A DNA stretch of 52,597 nucleotides from Girardia tigrina (taxonomy: Eukaryota). The position numbers and the translations under genes are program-made. Below are positions 13,512-26,854 of this stretch, piece after piece. The DNA lies in assembly GCA_001938485.1 (NCBI GenBank), contig MQRK01246642.1, positions 11,678 through 64,274 on the forward strand, given 5' to 3'. A model generated the notes under the pieces. The model saw only the letters and a list, made by a program, of their open reading frames with translations, was not told where the DNA came from and did not search any database. The stretch's first letter is position 1; the number at the start of each line of letters is the position of its first letter.

Positions 13512-14478
13512 CATCGATATTATTATTTATATTTAAAATTTTTAGATCTGGAGTATGTAATTGAAATATTGTTTCTCATAAATTTGTTTCAATAATGAAA
13601 ATTGTAGTAGAAATAAAGTTTACAAAATTATGACTTCGAATTTTAATCACGAACCTAATAATCCGATTAAACTTTAATTTTAAAAGTAAAAAGTTATGAT
13701 AAATTTTTAATATAAGTAATCAATATTAATATATTTAATGTATAAATTAAAGATATTTTAAAGGTTTGAAATAATTTTACAATTAATTTTATTAATTGTT
13801 ATAATTTAAATAAAGTATTTTTTAAAACAAATTAAAATATAAACTGCGTGATTTTTTAAAATGTTATTGTATTTAAAAATATACGAATTTTAAATGAAAC
13901 TTAAATGAAATGATTTTCAAGTTACAAACGCAAAATTGATTAATGTTGTAACGAATTTTAACTATTTTAAAATTAAATAAATAATTAAATTTATTGAGAA
14001 ATGAAGAAATTTATTCGAATAATCATTATAAAAAAATGTAGAAATAACACTAATTAGAATGATGACAAATAGTGAAGGATCTGCCGGGAGTCATCTGGAA
14101 GAGGACTCTAATTTTAATAATAATGAATGTTTTCATAATAATTATGTCAGTGCTATTAGCATCGTGGAAATAAATCATTTTTATGGGGTCTCAATGTTTG
14201 TAAATCTAAATTAATTTAAATATATCATTATAAATACCATAAATAAAATATTCATAGAATGTTATTTTTGAATTATACCGACCACAAATTTTCTGAAAAT
14301 AAATACTATTATTTTGGAAAACGTTGAATGAACTAACACTTATTTGATTATTTTTTGGTAAAAGTAATTAAATATTTAAATAATATTTTTTGAGTGAATA
14401 ATTTGAGCTATACAGTTTAAAAATATATATGTTTTAATTGAGTTATTGAACTGTTGCATATATAGCAGACTGGTCGCT

Positions 14479-16413
14479 TTAATAACGATCCTGGAACAGA
14501 CTTGGGAAACCCTTGGCCTCATTTAAGTCTTTGTGCCTTTTTCTCGTGATGGTTTCACAAACTTTTTTCAATTCATTATAATGGTATTTAAGTTCATCCT
14601 TCGAAGCTTGCGGATTTGTTTCTAACCATTTGAGAGAATTTTCACATTTTTCTATGATAAATATTCGATCTGAAGCTGATATTTTATGATTTATCTCATT
14701 CTCCATGATCATCGTTTTCATTTGATATGCATAACTCTCTATATAATTCTTTGCAGCTATTTTATCTTTTTGATAATCATCTTCTATTTTGTATTTCTCG
14801 ATCTCTGCAATCATTCTTTCTATATTATCATTTGATAATCGAAATGTATCGTTAGTGATTGTGATCTTCTTTTCTCTTGCAGCTCCTTTTTCGATTGCAG
14901 ATACAAGGAGAATACTGTTTTCATTGATATCAAATGTCACTTCAATTTTAGTTACACCCCTTGCAGCTGGAGTAATTTCTGTTAGCTCAAATTTTCCCAG
15001 CAAATTATTGTCTTTTGTCATCTTATTCTCTCCTTCGTAAACATGAATCAAATGATTGCACTGATTGTCACTATGACTGGAAAATGTAAATGTCCGTTTA
15101 GTGGGAATTGTTGTGTTACGTTTGATAATAGTTTTCATAATACCACCCGGAGTCTCGATTCCAAGACTTAATGAAGTCACATCAAACAACCGAAAGTCCT
15201 GCAACGCTTGAGATTTATCTTTCGACAAAATGGCAGCCTGTACTGCTGCTCCATATGCAATTGCTTCCTCAAGATTAATTGACGTATTTAGTTTTTTTCC
15301 CTGAAAATATTCTTGAAGAATATTTTGAATTTTTAAAATTCTTGTTGACCCTCCAACTAAGACTATTTTGTGAATCATATGTTTTTCGAAATTTGCTTCT
15401 CTCAACGCGTTCTCCACCGGTTGTAACGTTTTTTGGAACAAAGCAGAATTCAGTTCCTCAAATTTAGTTCGGTTAATTGACGTAAAAAAATTTATTCCAT
15501 CATACAATGAGTCAATGACGATGTCCGCTTGAATTCTGGAGCTTAGAGTTCGTTTGGCTTTCTCGCATTCAATACGCAGTCGACTCACTGAACGCTTGTT
15601 ATCAGTTATATCTTTATTGTACTTTCGCTTGAATTCTTTGATAAAATGTTTTACCATTCGATTATCAAAATTTTCACCACCCAAATTAGTGTCACTAGAT
15701 GTCGATTTTACTTTGAATATTCCGTCTACAATTGTCAGAATTGAAACATTAAGAGTTCCTCCTCCGAGATCGAATATCATTAAATTATGCTCTCTGCTGA
15801 ATGTCTTTCCAAATCCGTAAGCTATTGCAGCAGCTGTTTGCTCGGTGATAATTCTTAACACATTTAAACAACTTATTTTAGCTGCATCTTTCGTCGCTTG
15901 TCTCTGACTGTTGTTGAAATACGCTGGCACAGTAATTACAACATCCTTCACAGTCCTACCCAAATAAACTTCGGCTATTTCTTTCATTTTAAACAATATC
16001 AAAGATAAAATTTCTTCCGGAAAAAACGTTTTTATTTCCCGTTTGACTTTGACTCTAATTTTTGGTCGTCCGTCCTGACTTATGATATTAAAAAGCCAGT
16101 GTTTCATATTGCTTTGAACTGATGGATCATTGAATGTTCTGCCGAGTAGTCGCTTTACATCTTAAAAGAAACTTTATCAATTTCTATTATAATAAAGTTA
16201 TATTGATATACCAAATACAGTGTTGGTTGGATTCATGGATGCTTGATTCTTTGCAGCATCTCCAATTAATCTTTCGGAGTTTGTGAAAGAGACAACACTG
16301 GGGGTCAAACGATTAAAATGTTCGTTCGGAATTATTTCAACCCTTCCATGCTGAAATATCGCAACGCACGAGTAGGTCGTACCGAGATCGATCCCAATCG
16401 CATTAGCCGACAT
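14479..16413 (-). CDS. hsp70: Divergent cytosolic-type HSP70, two exons (16413-16212; 16160-14479), 627 aa
   Basis: Motifs [62 protein letters not shown]. The 51-nt GT..AG phase-1 intron (16211-16161) splits the Asp codon of NTVFD; the spliced frame is open for 1884 nt. Confidence 0.93.
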
Positions 16414-16999
16414 TGACACCGTTGAAATTGTATTATTCAAATTTCATTATAAAAGTTCTTAATATTTTATATGACAGTTTTTTATAGAACAGTAATATTG
16501 TACGATGCCGATACACTACATGTAGGTGAACTTTAAAATATTATAATTTATTGTTATTATATTTGTTTATATAAATTATTTGTCGTCACATCGCTATAAG
16601 TATTCGTTTTTACAACACTTTCAATATATTATAGATTTAAAGGATTGTTAAGTTTATGAAGATTTATATTATATTTGAATACATTGTATTTCTGCCAACT
16701 TATAAAGTGAAGAAATTATAAAAATTTCTTGTTCGAATTTCCTAAAATTTTTTAATATGTTTGTATTTATAAATGTAATATTATTAGAGACTCAAATAAG
16801 CAAAGGACCAAATGATAATAATCACATATAGTTTGACTCTGGTTCCATCTTTTAACATAACCTTGTTGAATTGGTTTGTTTGAGAAAGCTAACCGGTCTT
16901 CACCGACGGGTAAACTTCATTAAACTTGCAATAGCAAATAACGTTATATTATATAATATTATAGGCAAATTAAATAACCATAATTCAAATTTATAATTA

Positions 17000-17560
17000 T
17001 AGGGTTGCCTCATACGTTTTGTCGCCAAAAACACCAAAAAAAACACCAAAATACAATAAAATATAAAATATTTTATCAATCGTCCAAGTCATGTAAATGC
17101 AAAAAGTAGTCGCCATTGTGCTCAATACATCTCACCCAACGTCCAGGGAGGCTGCGTATCCCATTTTGGAAAAAATCACGCGGTTTCTTGTCAAACAAAT
17201 GTAGACGATTTTTGTTGATATCGTTGACACCGGCATAATTCTTTCCTCTAAGTGCACATTTCATTGAAGAGAATAGATAGTAGTCAGGTGGTGAGGGATC
17301 GGGGGATATGGTGGATGTGGTAGTACGGTGAATCCAAGCGCATTCAGGTTGTCCTTGGTCTTAGCAGCCGTATGCGGACGAGCATTATCGTGGAGATAAT
17401 GAACATTGTGCTTTCCTCCATGGAGCAACCGTCTGCTCCTCTGCTGAACGGCTATAATGAAACGATCCAGCTGAGTACAGTAGACATCCGCATTGATTGT
17501 AGAATTTGGACGTAAGACATCTAACAAGAGCAGTCCTTTACTGTCCCAAAAGACGGTCCT
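17000..17560 (-). mobile_element. Mariner 3' fragment with TIR
   Basis: VFWDSKGLL, YLHDNARPH, LPHPPY, GIRSLPGRWVRCIEHNGDYF; TIR TAGGGTTGCCTCATA next to TA. Confidence 0.9.
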
Positions 17561-18711
17561 TGTTTATGTCCTCAAAAAATGAGACTGTTCCAACTCCAAG
17601 GGCCTAGTTAATTTCGTCAGTCATCTGTGAGGGTGTTAAATCCCAATACAGATTATTAATTATCCCAATTGCCAAGCATTAAAAATAAAATAATTGCAAT
17701 ATATTTTAAACATTTAAAATCTAAATGTTAATTGTGAGGAATGTTTGGCTGGTTGATTAATGTGATACCTCACTTTCGACATGCTGAGTGTATTGCATTT
17801 TATTTTTTTATGTATGGTGATTGTATGGGATATGTTTGTAATTTTATGTTTTCTTTCATCAAAAGGTAATTATGTCGATGTTTATCAATAATAATGCAAA
17901 AAAAAGGAGTAAAGAACTCTTCTACTCGACAAAAACAAATCTTTCGGAAAATCAAATAAAATACCAACGACAATAATGCCGGTGCTTTGTCACAAAATAA
18001 AATCCTTGATGATTTGTGAAAGGCAATTGATGGAGAGGATGAACCGGAAGAGGTTGTGTGTGATTTGGAAGTCGTCTTTCGGAAATCGATGAATGCTTAT
18101 AATTTGGAAAATTCTTATATCTCAAAATCTCTCTCATTTTTGTACCTCACTCGAGTCTGGTGCAGCCACTTTTTTCGTGTCTTAATTGAAAGATATTGTG
18201 TCGTTTGGAGAATCATTAGTTTTGTTTTGTGTATATATTAATTATTATCCTCGACTTTCTAACAAATTGTCATAGAAAATTTGTAAATGAAATTAAATAA
18301 AGCAATATAAAAATTCGAAAAATCGATATAATTAATATAAAAAATTAATTTAATTATAATAATTTATTTATTATAATTATCGATATAATTAATATTTAAA
18401 TTAATTTAAAAATTATGATCTTGTTTATGGAGATTTGGAATGTACAGGTTTTGCTTTTAATTAAAAGAGTTCCGGGTTTTGTTATTTTTTAATTGACGCT
18501 AATTGTTTTCTTTTATTTTTACTAATCCGAAATTAGCCTAACACAATTCACTGACATATTGAGTTAGGTTAATTTTGCTTTGTGGACAATTTTTATTTCA
18601 TAGTAAAAATAGATCTTTGACAACTCGTCCAAATATCTATTTTTACAATTAATATTTTAATTCTTATTATTTGAAACTAATTTAATTTAAATGTAGATTC
18701 CATACGTTTCG

Positions 18712-18878
18712 GTACCCTAACCCTTACTCGACATCCTAACCCTAACCATAACCTTAAGCCTAACCTAAACATAACCCTAACCCTATAGTTATTTGTGATG
18801 CTTTGTCCTAGTGATGTTCTATCCTAGTGATGTATTATCCTATAGCATTTAGTCCTGTGATGTTTTGTCTGGTCACCA
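18712..18878 (-). mobile_element. MULE-like terminus with CCCTAA-like and ~16-bp subterminal repeats
   Basis: Degenerate CCCTAA array at 18714-18784, then CCTAGTGATG repeats ending TGTCTGGTCACCA. Confidence 0.5.
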
Positions 18879-19244
18879 TCTTTTATGTAAAGTCGTTTCC
18901 CCCAACTAAAAGAAAAAGAAGCTTGCCTAAAGAAAGAAAATAAAAGAAAAAGAAGTTTTGAATAAGAGAAAGAAAAAAAGAAGCTGAATTATATTTTCCC
19001 CGCGTTTAATCATAAAAAATTAAAATTATAAAATTTAAAAAATTAAAAATTTTATCGATTCTCAATACGTATTGCATAGCAATACACAAATAAATAATAT
19101 AATTTGTTCGACAATTACTGAAAATAATATAATTCACCTAGATACGTTCACATGTACATTTTTTTCTGAATAACATTTCTCTCGAATCAGAAAACGGAAT
19201 TTAATCTTCTTTTCCTAATTTTCTAATCAAATGTTGGGACCAGT

Positions 19245-19314
19245 GAGTTTTTCCTTCACGTCAGCCTCGGGCCTATTCATTGCACCGACACCGAGGCAGG
19301 CGAAGGAAAAACTC
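19245..19314. repeat. GC-rich inverted repeat / hairpin
   Basis: GAGTTTTTCCTTC...GCCTCGG-loop-CCGAGGC...GAAGGAAAAACTC (13-bp and 7-bp perfect arms). Confidence 0.85.
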
Positions 19315-21675
19315 CCTAAATCTAAAAAACTAAAAATAAAATATTATAATTATAATTTATAATTAATTAATTAAAAAGAGAAACTTTTAATTGGTTTTGA
19401 CCTGTTGGGGATTGATATAATTATTTGATTTATAAGTATTTTGACTTTAATTTATTTTGATAATTATTTGATATTGTGTTATTGCTTTGATTTTTGGTTT
19501 TATTTTTTTGTAATAAATATANNNNNNNNNNNNNNNNNNNNNNNNNNNNNNNNNNNNNNNNNNNNNNNNNNAAAGTTAAACAATTTAATAAATTAAATAT
19601 TATATTTATCATAAGTTATTATTTTTTTATTATTAAGGTCAGATATTATATTTATTATAAGTTATTAAGGTCGGTCTAAACCTACCTTCAGAGCCGACCG
19701 AGGCCTGCAGTGCAACGCATCCATAAAATAGTATAAAAATAAGAGCTTTTGAGAACCCTTTTAGTAGAAAATTCTTAAAAGTTTTTAAGGTAAGGTTGTT
19801 AACAGATAGTAGNAGAAAATTCTTAAAAGTTTTTAAGGTCTTAGCCAATTCGCCGACAAGAAGGAGGTTGCTGATTTTATTATAGAAGAAGAATTCCAAT
19901 CATTTCAATTGTTGTTCATTGGAGGAGACTATCGATTACTATCAATCAGAAGACTTTCAATTATAATATATCGAAGAAGACTGAAGAAAACTTACAATCA
20001 TTTTATTGTCGAAAACCATCGGTTATATTATCGACTTTAGTAAAGGAGTTTGAGAAAAATTCTAATTCATCGAAGAAGATTTGTTGATTATAACAAGAAG
20101 AATTACTCAAGGAAGAAATTGAGAAATTGTTGATAATCAAAATTGTCTATTGAGGAGATTAATTTTCACACAGGGTGAGATTCTTGGAAATTGATTATAA
20201 GTTTTAATTATTAAATTTTAATATTTTAAAATCAATAATTAATTATTATATATTATTATTTAAATTCTTAAATTAATAATCCTTATTATTATTAACTCAT
20301 CTATTCGTGGTCTGCAGTCGATGTACTGTGACCACCACTAAAATCTCACATTACACACTAAGGACATTTGAGTTTCATTGTAAAATCCTATTGTAATTAT
20401 TGTATATTAAATAAATTTATTTGAAAAACATTTTCTCGTGTTGTCATTTAGTTATTGAATCTTATAGTCTAATTTAATCATTTATAAATTTTAGTGGAAG
20501 GTTTAATTTATCTAAATTATATCTTCCCTTTCTGATATATTTCTACGGAGGTTGAAGGTATTGTCAAACCCCCATCGAGACGTATCAGACCCTTGAATCC
20601 GGTCGATTTGAATATTTTCTTGTGAGAATTTGATGGCCTGATTTGTTGACGTGGGTTTGATCGGAATTTTGGCCATCTCCTGGTTGTTTCTATCTGAGGA
20701 CTGTTGACTTAGTGATTGATGATTGAAGGTTGACTGTGAGAATTGTCTGCTTGCTGGTTCTGTGAATTTTTGTGATGAAAGATTGGTATAAATTCATCCG
20801 AATTTCTGCACTTGATCAGACTTTTTATTGAATAAATTTTAAAAAAAAGTTTTTGTTTTGAACCTAGGTAATTTTTTAGAGTCTATTTCTTTTTTTTTGA
20901 AGTTGATGGAGGTTGGGGAACATCTTCAAGGCTGTCGATCTGTCGACAGATAACGGTAGGGGCTTGTAGTTCCTACCGAGACTATACGATCAGGTAGGGA
21001 ATATGAACATGTTTTCAGGTAATTTGATTGTTGGGAGCGTTCATAAAATATAAAAATTTTGAATCTTATCAAATTATTAAATAAACAATTACATTCCGTA
21101 AAATATTGTTATAAATATGTTAAAATAAGATTTTCAGAAATTATTTTGGAAAATGTAATTGAGAAACAGGTAAATTTAAATGTACCATAAAATTGAAAAA
21201 TTAATAAAAGACGCAACAAAATCTTTGTGACAAAATTTTAATTCACTATAATTTTTTTATTAAAAAAAATATAGAATTTTAATTTGTAAAAAATATACTA
21301 ACCATATTTTTATTTATATCTATTTTTATTTATAATGGTTGTGTAAAAAGAAAGTGCAAATGTTCCTCAAAAATATTTGTTTAAAAAATTCAAAGTGTTA
21401 TATAAATAAATTTTTGTGCTCATTTGATCAAGAACCCAATATTGATGACTGCCGATCTGTTAATAGATTAATGGCAGGTGATATAGTGCCTGTAGAGACT
21501 ATTGACGATCTGGAAGTTTGAGAAAGTCCTTGCCAAGTTTCATTTCTAGAAGAGAATTCGTTTCTCTCAGCCTCCATCAATTATTTTTTTGTTTCATTTA
21601 TTTTTTCTATTTTTTAATCAACGCATCGTCCTTATTCAGCATGAATAGAAAATATAACGAAAGCAAAGAGCAACA

Positions 21676-21876
21676 ATTTGTTTGACAAGAAACCGCGTGA
21701 TTTTTTCCAAAATGGGATACGCAGCCTCCCTGGACGTTGGGTGAGATGTATTGAGCACAATGGCGACTACTTTTTGCATTTACATGACTTGGACGATTGA
21801 TAAAATATTTTGTATTTTATTGTATTTTGGTGTTTATTTGGTGTTTTTTTTGCGACAAACTTATGAGACAACCCTA
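21676..21876 (+). mobile_element. Mariner 3' end, near-identical inverted copy of 17000-17200
   Basis: 21676-21800 is the exact reverse complement of 17076-17200; TIR ends GAGACAACCCTA + TA. Confidence 0.9.
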
Positions 21877-24800
21877 TATATTATACTATTATTATTATAA
21901 AAACCGTTGAATTTATCCTCTCGTCTTTAGCGCACAATGGGACGATGATCGAGAAACATTGTAAACAGCGCCACCAAAACACCCATTGAATTAAGAGCTT
22001 TTGCGTACGAAAAATTTAAATTGCACATACGAAATTGTTGTTTCATTTGAAATCGACTGATTTTCTTCGCAGCAAGAACAAATTGGAGAAAACTTTGACC
22101 GAGGGGTATTTTATTATTGTGTAATTATTATTACATTTGACACAATAATAAATAAATTAAATGAATATTTATAAGGTGAAACCATTTTTTATATGAATTT
22201 TATAATGTTTTTATCAAAAATTTTATCAAAGGTAATATAATTTAGATGAAAACCTCAATGCATGATTATGTATATTGAGGTATATTTAAATATCTTTATG
22301 ATTCATCATTATTTAGTTAGATTTCTGAAACTACAAAGGTGTTTTGTGAGGTCACAAAGGGAAACGAAGAAAGAGATACAGTTGATGTCACTGAATATCT
22401 GTATCACTGACTTTGGACATAAGCATCAATAGATCTTTCAAGCAAACAATTAAGTGATGAGTGAATCAACTGGATCAGTACAAGCAGCAGGAGGCACAAA
22501 AGGAAAATTAACAGGAATTAGTATTGAACTGGTGTATGAAGGGCTAAGCATTAAGAAAGGGGTCATTGTACAGTCGTTTAAAGAAACAATAACTTCAAAA
22601 TGCCTAGTGGAAATGAAAATAAACTTATCTATGAAGACACTGACAATTCATATATTAATGATGTTGTAAATGCAATTCAAACAAGTTTGCTTTTGGCAAC
22701 AGTAAATCGAAAACAAAAGTTCCATGACTATTAAGATCAATTAAATGCCTTTTGTTTATTAAAAAAGTTAAATATATTGTCTTTTAAAAATTATTTTACA
22801 CTCTAAAATATGAAAATAAGTATATATTGTTTGTTGCGTTTATATCGTTTTATAAATTCGAACGAGAATTCATAATTATCAAAATTTTATTAAGTAAATT
22901 ATATATAAATTAAAACCAATTTTCATCTCTTTTTCTTTAAAAACTTTTGTCATTTGAATTTTCTTTTCTTCTTTTTTCTGAAAAAAAATTTCATTAGTTT
23001 TTTAATCCTTTTTTTCTTTTTAAAAATTTTAATATTATATCAATTATTTTTTAATTAAATTATTTTACTTCAAAATAAGTTATTATATTAAATTAAATAC
23101 TTTCGAAAGTGTTTATATTTATTTTATCTCTTATTTCTTTTATTAAACATTTATTTAACTTTTTGGATTTTTGTATTATTCATTTTTAATGTTTTAACAA
23201 AAATCAATAAATTAACATATTTCCATTCGTGTGGTTTTAAATTAAATTCTTTTTTAATTTTGATATACAATTTTAAATATGTGGAATTAACATGTTTTGA
23301 TTTTTGTAATTTTAAATTGCCTTTTTCTTATAAACTTTGTTTATAGTTTTTGGATTTATGAATTTAGTTTGTTTTTAATTTTTAAAACTTGAATTTTGTA
23401 AATAAATCATTGGACGACATGAAATTATAACAAACTCCTAATATATGTAAACAATGACACCTGTTAAAATTCACTCTTTATTCACTGACAAAACAAACAA
23501 AGGAACAAAAAGTGATTTTTAACAGATATATAGTGTTATGTACTAAATTGTACTAAATTAACTAATATTTGTTTAGACGAATTTAGCAATTTAATAAAAA
23601 AAACAACAGTCAATAAAAAGTAACTTTTAATCACAAACGATAGAACAATATGTACGAAATCTACTGTTAATAAGATAGTTACTTTCGACACTAGTGTTCT
23701 CGCTGCAGAAGACGGGTCGGAATTGAATTACGATAATACTGGAATGACCGGTTAATATTTTGCTTTGAAATCGGAATTAAGGAATAGGATTCTGTTACCG
23801 AAACTATCGTCAAATAGATTTTGTGAAAGATGAATGGGTAATTCTTCTATTGGATTGATAGATGCAAAGTAGAAGGGATTTCTGCTCTTTTAATAATTTT
23901 CCGTAATTATAACGTCGGTAAGTAATTACTTGGTTTATTTAATTTTTTTATTGATTTATTTTTGTTAATCAATAATATAAATTTCGCCTTGGAATTTATA
24001 TTATTGTCATAAATAATGTAATTTTTATAATATAAATAATATAATTCCTTCGCTCTTTCTTGTAATTTCTTGACTTCCTTCTTCTTTCAGATAAAATAAA
24101 CTCAAAAAAGTGAATAAAATAAAATAATAAAAATACAAATAATAAAATAAAATAAATTTTATCGGTACATAATCAAGCACTATTACATAACAGAAAGGCA
24201 TTTGAAAATTTAAAAGTATTGCATTAGATAAGATTGAATGTTTTTTTATCACAAATGAAGAGGAAAATGCAAATTACATAAAGACAAAAGGTTGTTAAGC
24301 TCATACTCAAAAACACAAATACCTTTGCAAGAGATAAGAAAAATAAGATTGCCTTTTGTCATGAGTGTAAGAAATCTGTGAGGTTATTACAATACCGACC
24401 GAAGAGGTAAGGGAACAGTATTTTTAAAACGTATATATGGAAATGTAAACCAAATTAAAGTTTACAGTCAGTTACTATAATTTTCAAACCATAATATTGA
24501 ACTTTACTTCGATAAATATTTTACAAACTTTTTTTTCTTTTAGATAAGAATGAAGTAATGATACTTTGTTTTGAACTTCGTTAAAGATTGTCCGTCTAGT
24601 GTTAATATAAAATAAGTTTTTCTATTTACTTTCCTTACATTTTATTCAATATTGTCTTTCATGAATTAAAAAATTTTCCAATATTGTAAATGAACGAGAA
24701 GTCATATGAATATACAATATCGTAATCCCAATGAAAACTGAATAAGTTCTTTACATTTTATGAAAATTAAAACTTAAGACGAAAACCTATGACTTTCAAA

Positions 24801-25544
24801 ACGTAATTTTAATTAATAAAATAACGTAAGAATGTTTCAAATATAAATATCATATAAACCAAAACAATTTTTTACAAATTTAAAAATAACTTAATTATCA
24901 GTTATAAAATTAATTTAAATTAATAATGTTATCATATTTAATTAAATTATTTAATAAAATTATGAAAACATTTGACATTGTATCAAACCTTTTATATTGT
25001 CCTAATTGCCATTTGAGAACAAATTTCACTAAAATTCAACAAAATTAACATTTAAATTTGGAAATTTGATTAAATAAACGTAATTATTTATTGGAAATTT
25101 TGTTGATTAAACTTGACAAAAGATTCTTTCCAAAGACGTGTAATAATAACCACTTCTTAGAAATTTGTCTCTAAAATAATTTTATTCATTAATTTTTCTT
25201 TACATATTTTAATGACGAAAAGGTCTTTTGGGATCCCAATTAAAAATTAAAGATAATACAACTTTATTTTATTTTTTATTGATCATTTTTTTAAAGTTAT
25301 CGCTTTTTATCTATTTATTAAATAATAAATTACTTCGAGTATTCATGCTTTTGTACGTAACTTTTACGTGATGCAAATATATTAGGTCGTCAAGTATGAA
25401 ATTTGTAGAAATAAAATCAAAGCTTATTGATAATTTACCAATACAAATATTTATATCATTCATCAAAGTATGTACCCATATTATCGACATACCCTTGCCA
25501 TTTGAGCGGCGGTTTGTTGAGTTTTTGTCATTGTCTAAAGCATG

Positions 25545-26265
25545 TATGTCATTTTGCATTGTCATGGAGCAAGTTGGGTGCCAACCTGTTTACCTAATGT
25601 GGCTTTTTTTTCTTTGCGTTTCTGCATCATATCTACTAGTTGGTTGCAGTAGACATGTGCTGAGATTGAAAAACCAGGTTTCATGAAGGCATAATGGATT
25701 ACACATGCGGCTGACTACCAAACACTCACTGTGAGCTTATTTTGATGAATGTTGTGCTTTAAACTGTGTTTTGCTACTTCATTTGTGTCCACCAGGCTTG
25801 CTGAACGTTTGAGATTATCATATTGGATCGACTTTCATCACAAGTGACTATTCGATTCAAAAACTGATCACATTTATAATGAGAAAGCATTATCATGTAA
25901 ACATCAAAACGTCTTTTGTTTCTTCTTTTCATTCAACACAAGTGGGATTATTATTCTTTTTTTCACTTTTTAAAATTTGACTAAATGATTCAATAAAGTT
26001 ACAGCAAACTTTAGCCATAAATGGTGAGCAATTTGAGATTGATAAAATTCTACGGTTATCTTAAATTCGTCATAGTCTATCTGCGTTCTTGGGCGACCCC
26101 ATGACTCATTATTAAGGTTATAATTCCCTTTTATAAATTTTCTGAAGCAATTTGATCTACTGCGTAGCAGCATTGTACATGACCACACTATTGCTGTTTC
26201 GCATGGTTTATGATGACGAGGTTCCACTTAGGAACTCGCAGTTCAAATTTCTGCCCTTTCCATTT
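25545..26265 (-). mobile_element. Degenerate mariner (cecropia-like) transposase
   Basis: CFRKFIKGNYNLNNESWGRP, TVSVW*SAACVIHYAFMKPG, VYCNQL, LLHDNAK; many lesions. Confidence 0.8.
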
Positions 26266-26854
26266 TTTGCAATACTAATTACTATAACAAGTTATCAGGA
26301 TTTTATTTAATTTTTATTGATGTCTTCAATAGCCAAGATACGTAGCAATCAAAGAAAAAACTGAGGAACAAAATGTTAAGTCATTGTCAAAACTGTAATA
26401 CTTGACTATCTAAAAATTTTTTAACCGAAAAGATTGTAAAGTAAAATATTAATAATCACTTCTTTTCAATACTCTTCGATGAAAACTTATTAATTTGTGA
26501 GAATGTTCAAGATTTACACAAACTTTATTTTATATTCTTCAATATTCTTTTAAATAAACATACTCTATCAGTAAATAAGATCTGATCATTTGTTGTTTCA
26601 ACGTTTTAATTTCGTACATTATGATTTGTATCATGATTAATTTCTAATGGAAAATGCAAAAACACGATTTTATAATGAGATAATTTATTAATTAAAATCA
26701 TTCCTCTTATTAACTATTTAATATAATAAAACTCACGAAAATTAAACATAGATATTTGATTTTTCATCCAATTATTTCATAATTTTATTTATTTGTAATA
26801 TTATAAATTATTCTTAAATTAAAAATATATTTTTTAATATATTGAAGAAACAAA

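Noticed and set aside
14789-15820. Plus-strand ORFs inside hsp70, and antisense ORFs inside the LINE and mariners
   Set aside because: Shadow frames of real coding sequence.
16414-16800. Heat-shock element upstream of hsp70
   Set aside because: No run of three correctly spaced nGAAn units; TATA-like words are uninformative at this AT content.
18714-18784. Telomere-like CCCTAA repeats
   Set aside because: Short, degenerate and attached to a transposon terminus; not a telomere.
19766-19839. 26-bp direct repeat around a single N
   Set aside because: Looks like a contig-overlap artefact; not CRISPR-like or biological.
19403-20530. Possible solo LTR (TGTTGGGG start, TATA, AATAAA)
   Set aside because: No matching ..CA end, TSD, PBS or PPT could be fixed, and a gap interrupts it.
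21931-22730. Transib-like CACAATG end followed by coding-like sequence
   Set aside because: No partner TIR and no recognisable transposase motif.
23690-23922. GC-elevated patch ending in a GTAAGT donor; similar unique-looking DNA at 6550-7600
   Set aside because: No convincing frame or homology; may be UTR or regulatory sequence but cannot be supported from sequence alone.
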